IMG/VR virus record: IMGVR_UViG_3300037789_000060
From: a virus
DNA length: 64,000 nucleotides
Strand: one strand, 5' to 3'
The notes beneath the pieces were generated by a model. That model was not told the DNA's origin. It did no database searches and was given only the letters and a program-made list of their open reading frames with translations. Shown one piece after another: positions 25,196-33,023 of this stretch. The position numbers and the translations under genes were made by a program. Within the stretch, counting starts at the first letter, position 1; each line of letters begins with the position of its first letter.

Positions 25196-26316
25196 GGCGC
25201 TGCCTTTTGCGCTCTTGCAGCTTCGATCACTGCCAGAGCCGTTTCATTGACATCGGGGAAATTCGACGGCTTGATGGTCGGGAAGCCACCGTATTGGAGG
25301 TGTGAGAAAATCAGCGGAATAACCTCCCAGTCGTAGGACATGGAATCGAAGATTGTACGGTCCGCATCAACGCACAGGTCATAAATTTGCAAGCACCACT
25401 TGCCGATCTCAACTGACGCGTGACGCATTTCGACTGAGCCAACATCTTGCCGCAGTTTAGTCCATTTGCAGTCGACGTCTTTGCAATCCTCCAATGTGGT
25501 CTCGTTGATGTGCTCCCAAACACATAGCGCAGCTTCCATTTCCAGATGGGAATAGAGCTTGTCATCTGGTAATTTGGATGGGTTATGGTTGGGCAGCGAC
25601 GTAAACCGGCTGGATATTTCTGGTGGTGTTGTCTGGGCTGGTTGCGATTTTGTTTTGACTGATGTTGCTCTGTCTGCAGCTGCTCGAACTTCCAGGTCGA
25701 TCACGATATCCATCAAGGCGTTCACATCATCCCCGACTGTAAGATACCCATTGTCATCACCGTTCGGGTCCCAGATGATCCAATCCCCATAATAGTTTTC
25801 GATGCGTTTGGTCATGGCGACAAAACTGATGCTGGGATGGGCGCAATCGGCAAAGTCTTCTGGGAATTCTTGCCTACGCACAACACTGAAACCGTGGTGT
25901 TCGATAAGGCTTTTCTTGGTTTCGTCTGGCTGAATGTTTTTTGGATCAAACATATCAATCGGCCCCAAGATTTCAGCCAATCTTTCATCCCTGCATACAG
26001 CCTCGCTGGTGCTTGGCGGGAATGCAGAACGAAATGACCCAAAGGCGCTACTTCGTGATTGAAAAGGACCAGCAAAGTGCTTTTGCGCCATTTCATCGGG
26101 GCCATGGGTATAAATCACGACGAATTTGCCAGCGTTTTCACGATCAATCATAGCCCGATTGAAAGGTTCCATAGGTGAGGCATACTCGTTGATAATTTCC
26201 GAATACTCGATTGAAGTGTTGCAGCTTGGGCAACGGTCATCACAAAGACAATTCCATTCGTGGGTCCATGTGACATCGCAGCTTTCGCAATGGTGCTGCT
26301 TGAGAAACCAAGTCAT
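25186..26316 (-). CDS. Multi-domain hypothetical protein with N-terminal zinc ribbon
   Basis: CESC..TW..EW.C.CDDRCPSC; start set by AGGAG spacing. Confidence 0.7.
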   Translation of the reverse strand: MTWFLKQHHCESCDVTWTHEWNCLCDDRCPSCNTSIEYSEIINEYASPMEPFNRAMIDRENAGKFVVIYTHGPDEMAQKHFAGPFQSRSSAFGSFRSAFPPSTSEAVCRDERLAEILGPIDMFDPKNIQPDETKKSLIEHHGFSVVRRQEFPEDFADCAHPSISFVAMTKRIENYYGDWIIWDPNGDDNGYLTVGDDVNALMDIVIDLEVRAAADRATSVKTKSQPAQTTPPEISSRFTSLPNHNPSKLPDDKLYSHLEMEAALCVWEHINETTLEDCKDVDCKWTKLRQDVGSVEMRHASVEIGKWCLQIYDLCVDADRTIFDSMSYDWEVIPLIFSHLQYGGFPTIKPSNFPDVNETALAVIEAARAQKAAPCQ

Positions 26317-26383
26317 TGTGTTCATCTCCTGTTTGCCATAGTCGGCAGGGACGCGGCGACCTTTCGGCCGCCGCGGTTGTGCA

Positions 26384-27289
26384 TCAGGCCAAATAGTCTT
26401 TGACGCTGTCCAGAACAGCCTGCGCGGCCTGTGCCGTCTCGGTTCTGGCTTGGGTGTTTTGGCGCAGCGTGGACGGCTCATAGCTTGTCAACGGGCGCAA
26501 CTGATTGGCCATGGCGGCGAGCTTTTCATCACCGGTGATGTTGAGGGAAGGCAGGATATTGATCAGATCCTTGACGTTCTCAACCAACGAGTCACGGAAC
26601 ACACCCTCGGGCCGCTCACCTTTCCTCGTTGCTGGCTTGTAGGCATTGAGACGTTCAACCATCCGTTCGACAACATCGGAGACGCGACGATAGACATCCC
26701 TCACTGCGTTGTCAGTAGCAGACTTCACGCTGGCCTCAATCTCTTGGCGGATTTGATCCGCTTGGGTGTCAGAGATGTTCACACGGAAGTCATCGGATGA
26801 TGGCACCGGCCAATTTGTCATGGTCATGCAGAACCGTCGCTTGATTTCGGCCTGTGTCGGGTAGTCATGCGGATTGAACAGGGCGCCCAATGCCTTTTCG
26901 CGCGCCGCGACATGCCGTTCATAATTCTGGACAAACTCATTCACGGCCTTGTCGAATGCCGTTTGCTGCTTTCGGAACCATTCGACGTGCGCCAAATATC
27001 CGGTGGCGGACATAATCCGCATTCCATCGTTTGCCCATGGCAGGGTGCGCTCGATGAAGTCGGTGCGTGTTGCGTTCACAATCGACTGGATGTCTTTCAG
27101 CGCGTCTTTCGGCAACAACAATTTGTTGTAGCGGCCGGCATCGCTATCCGCCTGGTTCGCCTGATGGATTTGATCTGTTGCGGACCGGTCATGTTTCCGG
27201 GCGGACCAGCTGCTGATTGACAAGCTGACCAACAGGGCGCGGGTAGCAAGCAGGTTTGATGCAGACAGATTCGGGGTATGAGTATTCAT
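26384..27289 (-). CDS. DUF3150-like helical protein
   Basis: LLVSLSISSWSARKHDR...LPWANDG.RI...F...V..F...Y...LFNP.DYP; lies near the MoxR/VWA pair. Confidence 0.6.
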   Translation of the reverse strand: MNTHTPNLSASNLLATRALLVSLSISSWSARKHDRSATDQIHQANQADSDAGRYNKLLLPKDALKDIQSIVNATRTDFIERTLPWANDGMRIMSATGYLAHVEWFRKQQTAFDKAVNEFVQNYERHVAAREKALGALFNPHDYPTQAEIKRRFCMTMTNWPVPSSDDFRVNISDTQADQIRQEIEASVKSATDNAVRDVYRRVSDVVERMVERLNAYKPATRKGERPEGVFRDSLVENVKDLINILPSLNITGDEKLAAMANQLRPLTSYEPSTLRQNTQARTETAQAAQAVLDSVKDYLA

Positions 27290-27380
27290 CGTTTTTCGTC
27301 TCCAAATTCGCATAATTGCGGGTTGTGGCGGTAAAGCCGTGCAGAAGATTTTAGTATGAGGGTTGAGGGGAAGGCAAGAG

Positions 27381-27551
27381 TCAGAGGCTTGTAATCAAGC
27401 AGCCGATCGGATCTGGTCGGCTCTCGCAGCTCTCTGGTGCGCTACGCTCGAGGGCGTTTGCATGGATGTCGCGTTCCGCTGTGGCATATCCCCAGGCGAA
27501 GAAAATCACGGCGACAATTGCGGACAGAAGAGCGGCTTTGATATAGGTCAT
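27381..27551 (-). CDS. Small membrane/secreted protein (56 aa, below the ORF-track cutoff)
   Basis: MTYIKAALLSAIVAVIFFAWGYATAERDIH...CESRPDPIGCLITSL; AGGAAA RBS plus hairpin motif. Confidence 0.65.
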   Translation of the reverse strand: MTYIKAALLSAIVAVIFFAWGYATAERDIHANALERSAPESCESRPDPIGCLITSL

Positions 27552-27646
27552 AATCGTTTCCTTAGGTGCATGATTGCGGGGTTTGCTGCAAGACAGGCGT
27601 GCCTGTCCGGCGTTGTCATTGCGCAGTCAGCGCAACCGATGGCGGC

Positions 27647-27961
27647 CTATCGACGGTGCCTTTCAGGCACAGTGAGCGTGACCACGGCAAGAAATTTGGT
27701 GTCGTCAATCACGACGTTGTCAGGCAAAGAGGCGTCGATATTTACAACTCCAGTCAACCCGGATCGGGCCTGCAGTTGTTTCAAGGCGCCTGGAAAAAGG
27801 GTGCTGTTTGCAATGCCGCCATAATCGCGGCTCGTGCGAAAGCTGTGCATGTCACAGTGCTTGCGAGTGAAAGCGGGCGGCTCGATATATCGATACAATT
27901 TTTCTCCCTCTGGTGAATACATTTGTTTGATTTTCGTCTTGAATGTCAGGGTCGGGCGCAT
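27647..27961 (-). CDS. Hypothetical protein
   Basis: MRPTLTFKTK... with AGGA RBS. Confidence 0.6.
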   Translation of the reverse strand: MRPTLTFKTKIKQMYSPEGEKLYRYIEPPAFTRKHCDMHSFRTSRDYGGIANSTLFPGALKQLQARSGLTGVVNIDASLPDNVVIDDTKFLAVVTLTVPERHRR

Positions 27962-27988
27962 TGTCTGTCCTGCAAAAGGGTTGGTAGG

Positions 27989-28013
27989 TTCAGGCGGGAT
28001 TGTCCCGCCTGAA
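27989..28013. other. Perfect 11-bp inverted repeat (RNA hairpin)
   Basis: TTCAGGCGGGA-TTG-TCCCGCCTGAA between the clamp gene and the next gene. Confidence 0.7.
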
Positions 28014-28032
28014 TAGGCATCACAAGCTGATC

Positions 28033-29226
28033 CTAAAGACGCATCGGCATCAAAACGGAAGTGTAAGACGGCAATTCGGGCGAGCGGATTAGGACCGGGC
28101 AAAGCGGCGCATTTTCTTCTGTCCCATAGTGAAAAGTAACGCTGTCGCATGTGAAGCATGACAGGGCGTCAATCAGATACTGAAGGTTATATCCAACGGC
28201 GAAATCAAACCCGCCATTCCACTGGCAACCAATGGAAATTTCCGCGCCTCGGTAGCTGAAGGTGGTACGGTCGGCGGTGATTTCCATTGTCACCTTTCCA
28301 TCACGCTCGACCTGAAACTGATTGAGGTGTTTGGCGAGGTTCAAAATCTCTTGCCTGTTGAATATGACAGCTTGCCCGGTTTCGGACGGAATGACGCGCT
28401 GATAGTCAGGGTAAGACCCGTCAACAACATATGCGGACAGCACAAATTCATCATCCAATTCGATATGCATGCGATGGCGCATCTGCAGGAAACGCACCGT
28501 GCCGTTGCAATTCTTTTTGTTGATCAGTTTCAGCAATGTCTTGATGGAATGCGCATTAAGAATCGCGTTGTTTTCAATAAGCGAGCCTTCCAAATCAGTC
28601 GGCATCGTATCGCGGCAAAGCCGGTGCCCGTCGGTTGAAACCAGAGACAGGCGGGACGGCTGGCTTTCCGACGATTCATTTGCGAAACAAACGCCGCGCA
28701 GATAGTAACGAGATTCGTCATCCGACATGGACACTGCAACGCGATCAAGCGCCGTTTTCAAGTCATATGCAGGAATTTCAAATCTGGTGAATTCATGGTT
28801 TTTGAGGGCGAAATGATGCAAATCGTCCGCGTATTCGGTGCGATCCGGACCTTTCACCAGCTGCACCTTCATTGCGTCAAGCTGCATTGTGATATCCGGG
28901 CCGGTGTCGGTGAATGTTACCGATGGGCATTTTGCGGCCTTGATCAGTTTCAACAGGCTTTTGCAGTGCAGGCTGAAAGAAACCGGTGCATCAATTCGGC
29001 ATTCCACAAAGCACTTGATCGCGTTATCGGGTGACGTGGCCATGAGCTCGAGCCCAAAAGGGCGCGAACGGATAAACGCATGGTGGTAAATCGGGTGATC
29101 TTTGCGGTTGGCGCGCGGGATCACCAGCGCAAGCTTTTTGAGGGCGTCAAGCAGATCGATGCGGGGCAACGTGACAGTTGGGGCAACAACGGCGGATTCG
29201 GTTTCAATTGGGGAAAGTGCATTCAT
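28033..29226 (-). CDS. dnaN: DNA polymerase III beta sliding clamp homolog
   Basis: DESRYYLRGV, VSTDGHRL, GSYPDYQRVIP, GYNLQYLIDAL, C-terminal VLMPMRL; 397 aa. Confidence 0.88.
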   Translation of the reverse strand: MNALSPIETESAVVAPTVTLPRIDLLDALKKLALVIPRANRKDHPIYHHAFIRSRPFGLELMATSPDNAIKCFVECRIDAPVSFSLHCKSLLKLIKAAKCPSVTFTDTGPDITMQLDAMKVQLVKGPDRTEYADDLHHFALKNHEFTRFEIPAYDLKTALDRVAVSMSDDESRYYLRGVCFANESSESQPSRLSLVSTDGHRLCRDTMPTDLEGSLIENNAILNAHSIKTLLKLINKKNCNGTVRFLQMRHRMHIELDDEFVLSAYVVDGSYPDYQRVIPSETGQAVIFNRQEILNLAKHLNQFQVERDGKVTMEITADRTTFSYRGAEISIGCQWNGGFDFAVGYNLQYLIDALSCFTCDSVTFHYGTEENAPLCPVLIRSPELPSYTSVLMPMRL

Positions 29227-29284
29227 TTTTCGGTATCCTGTGTTTGCATAAATGCGGGTTTTGGGGATGGTGTTTCCGGGCCGG

Positions 29285-29548
29285 TCAATCGCCGAATTCG
29301 GCAAAAGATGGGTCAGCGCGCGGCATTTCGGCACGTTCAACGGAATGGTGCATGCATGCGGATTGCCAGATTTTGTCAATATCCCACCCTTGCGCATCGG
29401 CCAGGTGGCGGAAATTTGCAAACAGGTCAATCAGCGCGGTTTCATCGCAGTTGGTTTCTTGGCCGCCGGTCAAAATGAAGGCTGACAAGGCCGTGTTTGC
29501 GTCTCGAGCGCGCCCGTTATTGTCGCGCACATTGCTTGAATTTGTCAT
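29285..29548 (-). CDS. Conserved phage hypothetical protein
   Basis: ALIDLFANFRHLADAQGWD...A.MHH..E. Confidence 0.7.
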   Translation of the reverse strand: MTNSSNVRDNNGRARDANTALSAFILTGGQETNCDETALIDLFANFRHLADAQGWDIDKIWQSACMHHSVERAEMPRADPSFAEFGD

Positions 29549-29648
29549 GCAGTTGTATCCTATGGTGCATGGTTGCGGGATTGCGACGGCACGCGGATTC
29601 GCGCACCGTCACGGAAAAATCGCGGTTGAATTGAGCCGGATTTAGGCC

Positions 29649-29801
29649 TTAGGCGGCCTGGTGCTGCATGTTGGCTGGCAACACTCTGATAGTGGCCAGC
29701 GCTTTCCTTGCATCATCCGCTGCGCGAATATATTCGGCGATATCATCGCGGAATTCTGCGCGTTGTTTTTGGGCGAAAGTCTCAAAATATGGATGTTTCA
29801 T
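29649..29801 (-). CDS. Small hypothetical protein (50 aa)
   Basis: MKHPYFETFAQKQRAEFRDDIAEYIRAADDARKALATIRVLPANMQHQAA; AGGAAA RBS plus hairpin motif. Confidence 0.6.
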   Translation of the reverse strand: MKHPYFETFAQKQRAEFRDDIAEYIRAADDARKALATIRVLPANMQHQAA

Positions 29802-29908
29802 GAGGGTTTCCTATGGTGCATAAATGCGGGTTTCGGCCTGCCATGGCCATCATCAGTGCATCGGCAATCAGATGCAGACCCGCGCCGGATAAATCCGGCG
29901 CATTGGTG

Positions 29909-30382
29909 CTATTCGGAATCGGTGTTTTCGGTTTCAGCCGGTACCAGAGCTTTCAACGCTTGGACCAATTCGGCGTTTGCCTCTTTTTTGGTGGCACGTT
30001 CCGCAAGCTTCACAATTTCCGCCACCAGATCAAAAGCCTTTTCCGTGCCGTCATCTGATTTCTGGAAGTCAAAAGGATGCACGGCGCAGGCGTCATCAAT
30101 TTTCGTGCTGGAATTTTTCCGGAATTTGTAAGCCTTTGTTTCATCATCGAAAACAACTTTGCCATGAGCTTCTGCCCATGCACGCATACGCTTGACGTTT
30201 GCGCCTTGTGGCAATGCCGCATCGAGTTTTGACAAAACGGTAACATCGCCATGAGCCTCAATGTGCGCAAGGCAAGACACTGCAGCTTTGTGAATGTCAG
30301 CGCGCAGTTTTTTGCCACGATTTGCAATTGAGTTGATTGCAGCGTTGATAGCTTCCGAACCGGTCAAAAGTTTAAAAGTCAT
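29909..30382 (-). CDS. Conserved phage early protein, first gene of the accessory operon
   Basis: I.SIANRGKKL...I..AAVS.L.HIE.HGDVTV...L..ALP; AAGGA RBS plus hairpin motif. Confidence 0.75.
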   Translation of the reverse strand: MTFKLLTGSEAINAAINSIANRGKKLRADIHKAAVSCLAHIEAHGDVTVLSKLDAALPQGANVKRMRAWAEAHGKVVFDDETKAYKFRKNSSTKIDDACAVHPFDFQKSDDGTEKAFDLVAEIVKLAERATKKEANAELVQALKALVPAETENTDSE

Positions 30383-30762
30383 TGTCTGTATCCTTTGTTT
30401 GCATGATTGCGGGTTTTTCAGTCTTAACAACTGAACGAGATGCACGGCACCAGATTGCGCCGTGCAGCCTTTTCAATTGTTATGTGTTTACTTTATCGTT
30501 GCTTTGTTTCAGCCACTGTCATGTTCCCACCTATCGGCTTTAGCATGCCACCTTGCGGCTTTATGCTGACTGACTGATTTTTGTTAACGCTTGGGTTTTT
30601 GGCCAGTTTGCAAGCATTCTAAAACCCGCTTTGACCGCCCGAAATCAGACACCGAAACCGCATATAGCGACACCGGCACCGGCTGGAATTCCACCAACGC
30701 ACCCGCGGAATTTACCGTTCCGCTTCGTTTCCGCATTCCGCCTTGCTTTCGGCCTGCTAGAC

Positions 30763-30777
30763 TTAACAGTTTGTTAA
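30763..30777. promoter_or_regulatory. TTAA-N7-TTAA box (CtrA-box-like)
   Basis: TTAACAGTTTGTTAA in the intergenic region. Confidence 0.55.
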
Positions 30778-30904
30778 ATCCGTTTGGTATTCCCGTCTAA
30801 TAGACTGCAATACTCACAAGACAGCGCTTGAAACTACTCCCTAATTTGCCGTGGCCTTTATGGCTAGAATGGCTTGCCCTAGGTGCCGGGCTATCGTGAT
30901 TATG

Positions 30905-30932
30905 AATATAACGAATTTTGGCTTTTATGCAA
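30905..30932 (-). promoter_or_regulatory. Putative sigma70 promoter driving the accessory operon
   Basis: Minus strand TTGCAT-N16-TATATT in an AT-rich tract. Confidence 0.5.
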
Positions 30933-31269
30933 TAGCAAATAACAAAAAACGTCATATAAAAGCGAATAAATCACGTTTTTTATCTTTATCTGCCACGTTG
31001 GAATTTTGAAAATTTCAGCGCTAGGGATTGCCAAGCTGAAAAATCCGAGTCACATATTCGGCGAATCATGAAACACGCGCAAAAAAGAATCACGGTTGGC
31101 AAGCCATAGTTTCCGTGCTGACAATATTCCGCCTGGCATGATTTCACTTTCACAACGATTGCAGATTTGAAGCCGGTTTACTTCTGGCAACATTTGCCAC
31201 GCCGATTTGTGACCGGGCAACGGAACGCCCGGCGATAGCCGCAACCAATGCCGCGCAACAATGCGACGT

Positions 31270-31560
31270 TGCCAGCAACACCAGCACGGCGACAGATTGA
31301 TCTGGTACGCAATCAGTTGAAAATTCAGCGCGCAGCGCTGGGATGGAAAGCATTTCACGCCCGATGCGGCGCGCGCTGGTGACTGGTGGCGGTTGCGACA
31401 GTCAGGGCACAAGACAACGCTGCCAAGCGTGCCGGGCTTGCCTTGTGGCTTGCACCGTTGCCAGCGTGGCTATAACCGCCACCAGCGCGGCAACCAGCAA
31501 CCGGGCGAGCTGACAATGCCAGCGCTTGCCAGCGTCGCAGCGATTGCCCGGCATGCCAGC
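31270..31560 (+). repeat. Five TGCCAGC repeats plus related GCAAC/TGGCAA words
   Basis: Copies at 31270, 31459, 31517, 31527 and 31554. Confidence 0.65.
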
Positions 31561-31660
31561 AACTGGCAACCGTGGCCACGTCGTGCAGCTGGTGCAATTG
31601 GCCAAGCAGAACCTGCCAACGCCACCAGCAACACGCGCGCGCCTAGTGAAGCCTGCGCAT

Positions 31661-31725
31661 GCCCCCCCGGGCAAGGTTCTTTCCGGCCCCCCCACCCGGC
31701 GCGGGGCGGACGCAGCGCGGGATAT
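31661..31725. other. Candidate cos/packaging-initiation site
   Basis: GC-run motif GGTTCTTTCCGGCCCCCCC...GCGGGG upstream of a lambda-type terminase module, resembling such regions in related prophages (from recollection). Confidence 0.4.
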
Positions 31726-31785
31726 CAGCGTGTTTCGACATCGAAAAATGTCGTTTCCCGATTCCAGAAAGGATATGGGGCGGAT

Positions 31786-32445
31786 ATGATTGTTCTTGAG
31801 TTCAAAAGCAGGAATTTCCTGAGCTATCGGCAGATGGTGCGAAGCCTTGGAAACGAGAAATGGAAGGTTGAAGCTTTCCGCGCTGTTCAGGATGCCGGAA
31901 AGAAAGCTCGGACCAGAACCCAACGAGCTGTGACCAGGCAGATGGCACTGAAGCCCGGCAATTATCAAAGCTATGTGGTTGCGGGTACCGGAAGCTTCAG
32001 CAAGAGAAAGGATCTGTCATTTACGATGTTCGGTACCAGAAAGGGTACACGCATCGAAAACTACAAAGGCCTTCGTGCTCTGTCCTCGAAGGGCCGGGTA
32101 GCGAAGCGGTACAATGAAGGTCGATCGGGAGACAAGGGGCTGATCCTTTCAGAAGTTTGGAACAACCCGAGGGTCTTCAAGCGATCGTTCATGACGCCAA
32201 ATGGTTACTTCGCACGGCTCCCCGGTAGCAATGACGACAATTCTGCAGAGCCGAAGCGTGGACCAGATGGCCGGTTCCAGAAAACAAGAGGTTCGAAGCG
32301 ACGCAGCAGGCCACGTCGATTGTATGGTCCATCATTGAAAAAGGAATACGTTCAGGGCCCGGCCCTTGAAACATTCATGGACCTGGCGCCGATGTATCTT
32401 GAACAGAACATCAAAAAACGCGCAGCGCGCATCCTGAAATTCTGA
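31786..32445 (+). CDS. Lambda gpZ-like minor tail/neck protein
   Basis: Basic protein; RAV..AGKKART...R...F...F...RLYGPSL..E pattern; first gene of the late operon. Confidence 0.6.
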   Translation: MIVLEFKSRNFLSYRQMVRSLGNEKWKVEAFRAVQDAGKKARTRTQRAVTRQMALKPGNYQSYVVAGTGSFSKRKDLSFTMFGTRKGTRIENYKGLRALSSKGRVAKRYNEGRSGDKGLILSEVWNNPRVFKRSFMTPNGYFARLPGSNDDNSAEPKRGPDGRFQKTRGSKRRSRPRRLYGPSLKKEYVQGPALETFMDLAPMYLEQNIKKRAARILKF

Positions 32446-33023
32446 TGGTTTCGTCAAAGTCAGCACGAAAGCCGGCTGGAAAAAAACCAGCACGAGCCAA
32501 GCCGGCCACACCAGCCGAAGCAAACGACACCGAATGGACGCTGTCCAATAAGGAATTTGCCAGTCTCTGTGGGATAACCATCCGGCGGGTGAATATGCTG
32601 GTCAAAGAAGGGGTGCTACGAAAAACCGGCGGGAGCCGAATTCCTGCCGACCAGATGCTTCGTTTCATTGACTACCAAGTCAGCCTCGCGGTGTCGAAGG
32701 TTGCCAGAGAAGATGACCCTTTGGAGCTTGAACGGCTTCGCAAGATCAGGCTTCAGAACGATGAAACCGAAGGTAAACTCATACCTGTTGAGGAGGCTGT
32801 CGAAGCTGTCAGTGTGATTTTCGGACCGGTTCAGTCTGAGATTATGTCGATACCGTCGAGGGTGACGGACGATGTCGAGATCCGCAAGTCATTCGAAATT
32901 GAGGCAGACCAAGCATTTAACAGTCTTGCAGACCGTTTCAAAGAAGTCGGTACCGCTCTTCGATCTGGCCGAGATTTTATTTCGGAGACCGAAGAAGACG
33001 ACGCCGTCGATCTGGGGAAGTAA
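32445..33023 (+). CDS. Terminase small subunit (Nu1-like)
   Basis: N-terminal wHTH (EFASLCGITIRRVNMLVKEG), ERLRKIRLQN...GKLIP. Confidence 0.85.
   Translation: MVSSKSARKPAGKKPARAKPATPAEANDTEWTLSNKEFASLCGITIRRVNMLVKEGVLRKTGGSRIPADQMLRFIDYQVSLAVSKVAREDDPLELERLRKIRLQNDETEGKLIPVEEAVEAVSVIFGPVQSEIMSIPSRVTDDVEIRKSFEIEADQAFNSLADRFKEVGTALRSGRDFISETEEDDAVDLGK

Larger units (their letters stand above)
21261..30413 (-). repeat. 12 dispersed copies of a mini-hairpin (CCC-GCA-NYNA-type loop-TGC) located 13-19 nt 5' of start codons
   Basis: Copies at 21261, 21667, 22937, 23997, 24855, 26334, 27309, 27567, 29245, 29566, 29817 and 30400; each lies directly upstream of AGGA/GGAG. Confidence 0.85.

Noticed and set aside
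29227-29430. N-terminal extension of the beta-clamp ORF (likewise the extensions of ORFs 928-1632 and 25186-26481)
   Set aside because: They overlap neighbouring genes; RBS and hairpin motif place the starts downstream
21261-30413. CRISPR array or integron attC sites as the identity of the repeats; also resemblance to the MS2 ANYA operator loop
   Set aside because: Repeats are 14-17 nt and separated by whole genes; no cas or integron integrase; no bulged A or coat-protein gene, so the MS2 likeness is probably coincidental
31393-31785. N-terminal extension of the 350-aa ORF before the gpZ-like gene
   Set aside because: Low-complexity translation of the repeat/cos region; plausible start is ATG 31786
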